Below are positions 25,416 to 35,271 of a DNA stretch of 64,000 nucleotides, in pieces. The first letter of the stretch is position 1. Each line of letters starts with the position of its first letter. The notes below the pieces were generated by a model. It was given only the letters and a program-made list of their open reading frames with translations, was not told where the DNA came from and did no database searches. The stretch is from Chiloscyllium plagiosum (Eukaryota): contig NC_057754.1 of assembly GCF_004010195.1 (NCBI RefSeq), positions 12,868,701 to 12,932,700 of the forward strand, written 5' to 3'. Position numbers and translations under genes: made by a program.

Positions 25416-28400
25416 GAACATAGAACATAGAGCAATAAAGCGCAGAACAGGCCCTTCGGCCCTCGATGTTGCGTCGACCTGTGAACTATTCTCAGCTCGT
25501 CCCACTACACTATCCCATTATCATCCGTGTGCTTATCCAAGGAATGTTTAAATTTCCCTAATGTAGCTGAGTTAACTACATTGGTAGGTAGGGCATTCCA
25601 CGCCCTTACCACTCTCTGCATAAAGAACCTGCCTCTGATATCTGTCTTAAATCTATTAACCCTCAATTTGTTGTTATGCTCCCTCGTGCACTCTAACGCC
25701 ATCATCCTAGGAAAAAGACTCTCACTGTCTTCCCTATCTAATCCTCTAATCATTTTGTATGTCTCTACCAAATCCTCCCTTAGTCTTCTTCTTTCCAATG
25801 GGAACAGACCCAAATCTCTCAGCCTTTGCTCATTAGATCTTCATTGCAGACCAAGCAACATCCTGGTAAATCTCCTCTGCACCTTTTCCAATGTTTCCAC
25901 ATCCTTCCCGAAATATGGCAAACAGAACTGCACACAATATTCCAAGTGTGGCCGCACCAGCGTTTTCTCTAGTTGCAGTATGACATTACGGCTCCGGAAC
26001 TCAATCCCTCTACCGATAAAAACTAACACACGGTATGCCTTCTTAACAGAACTATCAACCTGGGTGGCAATTTTCAGAAATCTATGTACATGGACTCCAA
26101 ATCCTTCTGTACATGCACACTAAAGAATCATTCCATTGACCCAGTACTCTGCCTTTCTGTTATTCTTCCCAAAGTGAATCACCTCACATTTAGCTGCATT
26201 GAACTCCATTTGCCACCTCTCAGCCCAATTCTTCTGTTTATCCAGGTCCTCCTCAACCTGCAACATTCTTCTACACGGTCCACTACTCCACCAATTTTAG
26301 TGTTATCTGCAAACGTACTAACCCATCCACCTATGTCTACGTCTAAATCATTTATCAAGCTGACAAACAGTAGTGGTCCCAAATCAGATCCTTGTGGCAC
26401 ACCACTAGTAACCGGACTCCAGGCTTAATATTTTCCATCAACCACCACTCGTTGCCTTCTTACATAAAGCCAGTTTCTAATCCAAACTGCTAAATCATCC
26501 TTAATCCCATATCTCTGCATTCTCTTCATGTGGAACCTTACCAAAAGCTTTACTGAAGTCCATGTGAATTGCCCTACCCTCATCCACATGCTTGGTCACC
26601 TTCTCAAAAACCTCAATGAGGTTTGTGAGACATGACCTGCCCTTGATGAAGGTTGAAACTTTATTGCTGGAACAGCACAGCAGGTCAGGCAGCATCCAGG
26701 GAACAGGAGATTCGACGTTTCGGGCACAGGCCCTTTCGGGCCTGTGCCCGAAACGTCGAATCTCCTGTTCCCTGGATGCTGCCTGACCTGCTGTGCTGTT
26801 CCAGCAATAAAGTTTCAACTTTGATCTCCAGCATCTGCAGACCTCACTTTCTCCTCTGCCCTTGATGAAACCATGTTGACTGTCACCAATCAAATTGTTA
26901 TTTGCTAGATGATTATAAATCCTATCTCTTAAAATCCTTTCCAAAACTATTCCTTCAACAGACATAATGCTTATTGATCTATAATTACTTGGGTCATCTC
27001 TACTGTCCTTCTTGAACAAGGAAACAATATTTGCAATCCTCCAGTCCTCTGGCACTAAACTTGTAGACAACCTGATGACTCAAAAGATCAAAGCCCAAGG
27101 CTCCAGCACCTCCTCCCTAGCTTCCCAGAGAATCTTTGAATAAATCCCATCCGTCCCACAGGACTAGTCTACTTTCACTTGTTCTAGAATTGATAGCACC
27201 TCTTCCATATTAACCTCAATCCTTTCTAGTCTAATATTCCGTATCTCATTCTTCTCGTCTACAATATTCTCCTTTTCCTGAATGAAAACCAATGAGAAAT
27301 AATCCTTTAGCAACTCTCTGATCTCCACAGGGTCTCCCATTCTGTCTTTGACTGGCTTCAGTCCTACCCTAGTCATCCTTTTATTCCTCACATACCCATA
27401 GAAAGCTTTAGGATTCTCCTTTATTCTATCTGCTAACGAGTGTTCATATCCACACTTTGCTCCTCTAAACTCTGTTTGAATCCTTCCTAGATAATCTGTA
27501 GCTCTCCATCGCTTCATCTGAACCATATCGTCTCATAAGCCTCCCTCTTCCGGTTAACAAGAGATACAATTTGTTTAGTAAACCACAGTTCCCTTACCTT
27601 ATCACTTCCTTCTTGCCTGACTAACATGGCCACTCCTCCCCCTCTTTACCTTCTCTGACCGTATTGAAAGATCTGAATCCTGGAACTGGCAACATCCATT
27701 CCTGACCCTGGTCTATCCATGTCTCTGAAATGGCCATAACATCGAAGTACCAAGTACATATCCACGCTGCATGCTCACCTACCTTTTTTCAGATCCTCCT
27801 GGAGTTGTCGTAGACACACTTCAAACCAGCTTGCTGTCTGCCAGCGCTCTCATGTGACTGTGAAATCCTGCCCCTGTCCTCCGTAATCTCATCCTCCTGT
27901 GCACGGGAACTACACCAGTTTCCCATTCCCCTGCTGAGCAAGTTTAAACCCACCCGAATAGCACTAGCAAATTTCACACACAGGATATTACTACCTCTCT
28001 GGTTCAAGTGAAGACTGTCCTGTTTGTAGATGTCCCACCTTCCCCAGAATGAGCCCCAAATATCCATGTACCTGAAAACTTCCCTCCTGCTCCATCCCTG
28101 CAGCCACGTTTTCAGCTGATATATCTCCCTGTTCCTCACCTCGCTATCACATGGCACGGGTAACAAGATAACAACTCTATTTGTTCTACCTCCCAGTTCC
28201 CTGAAATCCTGGCTTACATCCCCATCCTTCTTTCTACCTGTCTTGTCGATAGCTTTGTAGACCATAGCTTGAGGCTGGTCACCCTCTCCCTGCAGGACCC
28301 CAAAGACACGATCTGAGGCATCACGGATCCTGGCACCTGGGAGATAACACACCAGCTGTGAGTCTTGTTCGTTCCAAACAAACCTTCTTTCTGACTCCCT

Positions 28401-29070
28401 AACTATTGAGTCGCCAATGACTAACACTCTCCTCCCTTCTCTCTTTTTCTTCTGTGCAACAGGGACAGATTCTGTGCCAGAGACGAGCACACCACTGCAT
28501 GCCTCTGGTAAGTCATTCCACCCCCCCCCCCCCAACAGTATCCGAAATGGTATACATGTTTTTCAGGGGAATGACCACGGGGGATCCATGCACTTATTGT
28601 TTTTTCCCCCTTCTAACATTCACCTAGCTTTCTTCGTGCCTATGAGTAACTGCTTCCCTGTAACGCTTATCTATCACAGTCTCTGCCTCCCGAATGATCC
28701 GAAGTTCATGGGGCTCCCAAACGCGAAGAGGAAGAGTTGAGTGCACTTCCTACAGATGTACTTGGATGGGAGATTAATGGCGTCCCCCACCTCAAACACC
28801 ATGCAGGAGGAACATTCCTCTCCCTCCACTGCCATCCCTGGTAGTCTCTCCTCAGAAAGTAAACAAAAGATGCGTCCCTGATATTTAAGTTTAGAGTTGG
28901 TGGTTGGGTGGGAGGCTCGGGTTTAGAAAACACTCACTGGAGGGAAATAAAAAAAGTCCCTCCTTTACCAGAAACCTCTGATCTCCGATGTCAGATGTAA
29001 AGTCTCAAGTCACAGACTCACTGCTTCCGACAGGCCCTTGGTCCGACCTCTCACCCTTCGAGCTGCTGCT
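25416..29070 (-). mobile_element. CR1 LINE, near full length with a deletion in the endonuclease region; ORF1 of SGNH/esterase type
   Basis: ORF 27789-28535 contains VIGDSIVR, LPGARIRD and DSLHLN. RT fragments contain PQGSDLGP and FADNTK. (CATAGAA)n tail at about 25416-25432. Confidence 0.92.
26652..26855. mobile_element. Young palindromic Penelope-derived insertion inside the CR1
   Basis: Perfect 82-bp inverted arms (26652-26733 and 26738-26819). Flanking direct repeat ctgcccttgatgaa at 26637-26650 and 26856-26869. Confidence 0.88.
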
Positions 29071-29429
29071 GCTACTGCTGAAAAACAGAAATGGATATTA
29101 TAGGAAATATTGAAGAGGGAAAACAGAGTGAGAGAGAGAAAAAGAGGGGTGGGGGGGGGATAATCAGATAGAAGCGGCGAGATACAGACAGGCAGGTGGA
29201 TAGGAACAAAAAAAGAGATGGAGAGAGGGAAAAGCAGAGAGAGATGCTGAGAAGGGGACAGATCAGGAAAGCTGCAGAACTAATGGATATAACTGACAGC
29301 ACCTTCCAGGATCCCAGGACGTCTCAGAATGTTGGACAGACCTATAATGTTTAATGAGTGCTGTCACTGTTTTAATAGGGAAGAGAATGAAATTGCACAC
29401 AGTCAGCTCCCAATGTTCACAATAAAGAA

Positions 29430-31205
29430 TCAACGAAAGAGTAGGCCCGATCAGGGATAGTATAGGGAATTTGTGTGTGGAGTCTGAGGAGGTAGGGGAA
29501 GCCCTAAATGAGTTTATTGCTTTTGCCTTGACGAAAGAAACGAACTTTGTAGTGAATGAACCTTTGAAGAGCAGGTCTGCATGCTGAAATGGATAGAGAT
29601 AGAGGAAGCTGATGTGCTGAAAATTTTGTCAAATATTAAGATTGACAAGTCGCCAGGACCGGACCAGATTTGTCCTCGGCTGCTTTGGGAAACGTGAAAT
29701 GCAATTGCTTCGCCACTTGCGAAGATGTTTTCATTCTCGCTCTCCATTGGAGTCGTACCTGAGGACTGGAGAGAGACAAATGTAATTCCTCTCTTCAAGA
29801 AAGGAAATAGGGAAATCCCCGGCAATTACAGACCAGTAAGTCTCACGTCTGTCGTCTGCAAGGTGTTGGAAAGGATTCTGAGGGATAGGATTTATGACCA
29901 TCTGGAAGAGCATGGCTTGATTAAATGCAGTCAACACGGCTTTGTGAGGGGCAGGTCATGCCTCACAAATCTTATCGAGTTCGTTGAGGATGTGACTAAA
30001 AACGTTGATGAGGGTCGAGCTGTAGATGTGGTGTATATGGACTTCAGCAAGGCATTTGATAAGGTTTCCCATGGTAGGCTCATTCAGAAGGTCAGGAGGA
30101 ATGGGATTCAGGGGAACATAGCTGTCTGGATACAGAATTGGCTGGCCACCAGAAGACAGCGAGTGGTAGTAGAATGAAAATATTCTGCCTGGAAGTCTGT
30201 GGTGAGTGGTGTTCCACAGGGCTCTGTCCTTGGGCCTCTATTGTTTGCAATTTTTATTAATGACTTGGATGAGGGGATTGAAGGATGGGTCAGCAAGTTT
30301 GCAGATAACACAAAGGTTGGAGGTGTCGTTGACAGTATAGAGGGCTGTTGTAGGCTGCAGCGGGACATTGACAGGATGCAGAGATGGGCTGAGAGGTGGC
30401 AAATGGAGTTCAACCTGGATAAATGCGAGGTGATGCATTTTGAAAGGTCGAATTTGAAAGCTGAGTGCAGCATTAAGGATAGGATTCTTGGCAGTGAGGA
30501 GGAACGGAGGGATCTTGGATTGTAGGTACATAGATCCCTTAAAATGGCCACCCAAGTGGACAGGGTTGTTAAGAAAGCATATGGCGTTTTGGCTTTCATT
30601 AACAGGGAGATTGAGTTTAAGAGGCGTGAGATCTTGTTGCAGCTCTATAAAATTTCGTTAGATCGCACTTGGAATACTGCGTCCAGTTCTGGTCGCCCTA
30701 TTATAAGAAAGATGTGGATGCTATAAGAAAGATGTGGATGCTTTGAAGCGGGTTCAGAGGAGGTTTACCAGGATGCTGCCTGGACTCGAGGGCTTGTCTT
30801 ATGAGGAGAGGTTGACTGAGCTCGGACTTTTTTCATTGGAGAAGAGGAGGAGAAGAGGGGACCTGGTTGATGTATACAAGGTAGTGAGAGGCATAGATAG
30901 AGTCGATAGCCAGAGACTATTTCACAAGGCAGAAATGACTAACACGAGGGGTCATAGTTTTAAGCTGGTTGGAGGAAAGTATCGAGGGGATGTCAGAGGC
31001 GGGTTCTTTACACAGAGAGTTGTGAGAGCATGGAATGCGTTGCCAGCAGCAGTTGTGGAGGCAGGGTCATTGGAGACATTTAAGAGACTCCACGACATGT
31101 ATATGGTCACAGAACTTTGAGGGTGCATACATGAGGATCAGTGGTCGGCACAACATCGTGAGCTGAAGGGCCTGTTCTGTGCTGTACTGTTCTATGTTCT
31201 ATGTT
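29430..31205 (+). mobile_element. CR1 LINE, 5'-truncated
   Basis: ORFs 29725-30177 (NYRPVSLTS, QHGF, DFSKAFD), 30199-30525 (GVPQGSVLGP, FADNTK) and 30734-31120. Tail ttctatgttctatg. Confidence 0.95.
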
Positions 31206-32689
31206 ATATGTTCTGGTCGAGGGGTAGTTATTGGTGCCAGAGCACGGGGAGTAAATCTCAAGTTCTCCTTCCAAGAAATGTTTGGGTTTGGTGGAGGTTC
31301 AGATCCTGGGAGAGATACACCGATGGGAACTAGGAGAAAGTTGTTTGGGATAATCAGGAAAATTGCTTTCAAGGCTGGTTAACTGTAACCTTCCGTGTGA
31401 AGGGGAGCTGGAACCTCACTCGGTCATGCCAGGCAGCGTCGGAAGTAAATATGGAATCGGAAAAGGTAGGAACAGTAGAGCAATCAGGAAAGCAGAAGCG
31501 ATAGCTTAATCTCCCAGCCTCGTTCAAACATTATAAATGTACCAAACCCTACTGAATTGTAATGGATTCCTGCTTGACCTCATGCCAATGATGGCCTCAA
31601 CAAGCAGCAGCCGTTCTTAATCTGAAACAAGACATGGCTGCCTTTTTAAAGTTAGCTTTGTGCTTCCTAGGTTTGATGAGGAGATGAGGGAGATGAACTC
31701 AGATCTTCTGGATCAAAGATGGGAACACTTCTATGGAACCACAAGAGCCCTAGGTAACGTGCCTATTATTGTTAATTCTTTAAGAGTAAGTCAGTGCGTG
31801 AGAATCAGCTGGAGACTAATCTCTCGTCAGGGATACAAGAGCAGGCAAAAAACCTGGAAATGAACACAATGAGCAGAAATACTTCCATTTCAGAGGCATG
31901 AGGGAAACAATCTCTGATCATTTTGGACAATCGATCGTTTTGTTAAATATTTGACTCTAAAGCGGATCTCACTGGCCACAAGGCTCCATTCAGTCTCCGA
32001 GAGTTCAATAATTGCTGCATTGTCGAACGGTAAAGACTGGAAAGGATCCAGCATGTCATTGTGCGCTTGTTTGTTCAGTACACAGACTGCCCTCAGCTGA
32101 ATGCTCAAATATCTGTCTCCCATATTGTACACATTGCATTACTATAGACAACACACAGAGTGCACACTGCTCACTGTCCAAATTTCAGTTGTTCCACAGT
32201 GTAAATAATATATCACTGTTGGCAGTACACACTTTCCATACTGCAGAGTGTCCATACGTTAGTTATCTCACGCTGTCGATATTGTATTACTGTGGATGTC
32301 ATATAACGATAGACACTTCACACTTTGCACACTGCTGAGTATTCAAATTCCAGCCACCCCGCAAAGTAGCCGTTGTGTTGCTGTAAACAATCCAGCAGCT
32401 GAATCCTGCTGTGTACCCAAATATCAGGAATCCCACACTGTCGCTATCATATTAGTGCAGATTGTGTCTGTGTGTGTGTCTGTCTGCCTGCTTGTGTCTT
32501 TGTGTGTGTGTGTTTGTATGAGTGTATCTGTGTGTATGCGTGGGTATGCATATGCATTTATAATTGTGTATATGGGTATAAACTATTTTGCGTTTGCATG
32601 TATGTGTATCAGTGATTGTGTATATGGTATATATTGGTTTCTGTGTGTGTCTGGTTGCTTAAGTACACATTTCTTTGTCTGTTTGTGTT

Positions 32690-32847
32690 ATTGTTTGACT
32701 CATAATTCAAATGTCCCCTTCACGTGTGCATCACGGATTCTATCCGTGTTGTGGTTTTGCAATTATTGACTGCGGAACAATTTGTGTACCATTTAAGAAG
32801 CTTCCATCCTCCAGGCAGCTTATAGTGCAGCAGAACGTCAGGGGAAG
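32690..32847 (+). promoter_or_regulatory. Candidate beta-defensin proximal promoter and 5' UTR
   Basis: AP-1 TGACTCA (32696), E-box CACGTG (32721), RUNX TGTGGTT (32750) overlapping C/EBP-like TTTTGCAAT (32755), and TATA-like TTTAAGAA (32792). The block is conserved at 8330-8488. Confidence 0.55.
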
Positions 32848-33841
32848 ATGAGAACCGTCCTGTTCTTCGTTTCTGTGGCCTTCGTGATGGCGCAGCCAGG
32901 CACTGCGGATGAAGTCATGAAACAACGTCTTTCCTTTAAACGTGAGTCCATTTATCCTCAAACAATATTCACAAACATTCAGTGGGTAGCTTGAACTAAC
33001 TCATCTCTCTGAAGACCACATTTTAACCCATTGGCTTAAAAACCTAAAATCAATCAGTTAATATGCACGATAACCATTTGTGGAATGCTAAGCCAAAATT
33101 TATTGTCCATCCATTATTGTCCAGAAGGCACTTAGGAATGAATCTGGAGTCACATGCAAATCAGACCAATTAATGTCAATAGGTTTCCTTCGCTTAAGGA
33201 CATTAACGAAGTAGCTATTTTCTTGTGTCACCACCAGCATCCCTTCGCCAGATATTCAACAGCATTTCCATACTTTACATGAGATTATTTGAATATAATT
33301 CATATTTCATCATCTTCCTCGATGAGATTCAAAGGCAGCTCTTCAGAACATGAGCTTGATGGTTTTGGATATCCAGTGATAGTCCCATCAGTCTACCCTG
33401 TGCATTTGATGAATTATGGCAGACATTTCCCATGAGTGAACAATCCACTTCAGTTCTGAAACATTTCGTGTTTTTCTTTTTCCTTTTGGAGTAAATAAAC
33501 AGCAGATTATACACTTTAAGACCATCCCCTGTCAATGCATGACCACCAATGACCTACTCTTAATCACATCATTGTTGCAAACGACAGATTGCCCTTCATC
33601 GGAATGGCCTCTGTTCATCATGTACAGATTTTTCATCAGGGGTCTCACAGGCTGAGGTGAAATCTTGGCCACTGACTGCAGGAATCAATTAGCTTCTCGT
33701 CTATGCTTTCCAGATTTATTCAGGCACTGTGAAATTATCAGAGGGGTGTGCAGAGATGGACCATGTTTCGATGATGAAATCCACATCGCTGTGAGGTGCG
33801 CAAATTTTGACCGTTGCTGCAAAAAAGACCTGAAAAAGTAA
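32848..33841 (+). CDS. Beta-defensin-like prepropeptide, 73 aa, join(32848..32941,33714..33841)
   Basis: MRTVLFFVSVAFVMAQPGTADEVMKQRLSFK|HLFRHCEIIRGVCRDGPCFDDEIHIAVRCANFDRCCKKDLKK*. Hydrophobic signal peptide, phase-1 GT-AG intron (gtgagt...tttccag), six Cys as C-x6-C-x4-C-x10-C-x5-CC, and GxC at Cys2. The 222-nt spliced ORF is uninterrupted. Confidence 0.9.
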
Positions 33842-33894
33842 GGTTAATCTGAGGCTGTGCCTGAAGCTAACTGCAGTCTCGCTTCTGAGTCGTG

Positions 33895-33900
33895 ATTAAA
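33895..33900 (+). terminator. Polyadenylation signal (ATTAAA) of the defensin gene
   Basis: Lies about 55 nt after the stop codon and is followed by GT-rich sequence. Confidence 0.6.
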
Positions 33901-34094
33901 GTTCATTGTGTTACTCACATCCCGTGGCCTATGTCTGATTTCAGACTGTGACTGATGTGTCTGGTATTGTCATTGGTGTGGGGGTGGGGAAGGGGGGGGG
34001 GGTGTTAGTGGCAATGGTCAGTAATGGCAGAAACATGGTCACCACTGTCAGCTCCTAACTACCCAACTTCATTGAACCATTGTCAACACATCCC

Positions 34095-34630
34095 TTTATT
34101 GTGTCCGACCCATCTCCCACACTTACACCATCAACACCTTACCCCTCTTGCAACAGAGATCGGGCTCCCCTTGTCCTTACCTTCCATCCCACCAGTATCC
34201 ACACCTAGAAAACCATCAGCTGCCATTTCCAACACCGAGAGTGAAATGCCACACCAGACAAATATTCCCCTCTCCTCCTATGTCCACCTTCCGCAGGGAT
34301 CATTCCCTCTGAGACACTCTGGTCCACCATTCCTTCACTCCTAACAGCCCCAACACCCATCTGGCACCTTCCCATGCAACCCCATAAAGTGTAACACCTG
34401 CCATTTACCTCTTCCCCCCTCAGTATCTAAGAACCTAAACATGCCTTTCAGGTGAAGCAGCGATTTATCAGCACTTTCCACAATCTAGTCTGCTGCATTC
34501 GCTGCTCACTATGTGGCCTCCCCTACACTGGGGAAACCGAGCGTGGACCGAATTGGACTTTTCAGGACATTGACGTTCTGTCCCCAAAAAAGACCCTGAG
34601 CTTCCAATTGCCTGCCACTTTAACACCCCA
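34095..34630 (+). mobile_element. Penelope-like element fragment (GIY-YIG region)
   Basis: PLVLTFHP and NLVCCIRCSLCGLPYTGET motifs. Confidence 0.75.
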
Positions 34631-34655
34631 CCTGAGTGTCTAAAATTTAGGCTGT

Positions 34656-35271
34656 TGTCAGAAGTATCTGTCGATTTTTATTAACGACAAAATGGCTTTT
34701 GAAATTAAAATGACATAACAAAATTGCTGCAAGCAATGATTTGACTCTGTGAACTTGAAATGATGCTTTGTTAAGTTGTTTGTATTTAGAGATAAGGTAG
34801 AACAATGGATTTTTCATGATATGAACTATAAGAAAATGATTTGGTATTCGAACTAAACTTGAACCGCTGCAATGGCTTGAAGTTTTACGTAAATTAAGAC
34901 CAGTTTCCCAGGAAATATCATTGGATTAGCCTGTTGTCAATCATATCACCTTATTACAGTTGATTGAACGTTTCTTGTAATTAAGAACCCTTTCCCAGGA
35001 AATATCATTGGATTAACTTGCTGTAAATCATGACACCTCATTATATGTGAATGGTCTTTTTTTTTGTAATTAAGGCTGAACTATCTCTTCAAAAACACAT
35101 GAGAAATGTCTAATTTTCGAATGTAATTGTGTAACTTCACCACGGAACACAAAATCTTTAACCTCTGTGTTGCTAGACAGAATTGCGTCAAGGTGCCTTA
35201 ATTCAATAAACTAATGACCGCTTTCTATTGAATCTTTTGACCGATCTCGACCCCTCCTGAGGGGTCTGACA
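34656..35271 (+). mobile_element. LTR of an endogenous retrovirus-like element
   Basis: Terminal inverted repeats TGTCAGA...TCTGACA, internal direct repeats, AATAAA at about 35205, followed by PBS-like TGACCCTTCG. Confidence 0.7.

Noticed and set aside
27789..28535. 248-aa SGNH hydrolase-like ORF as a host gene
   Set aside because: It is ORF1 of the surrounding CR1 element.
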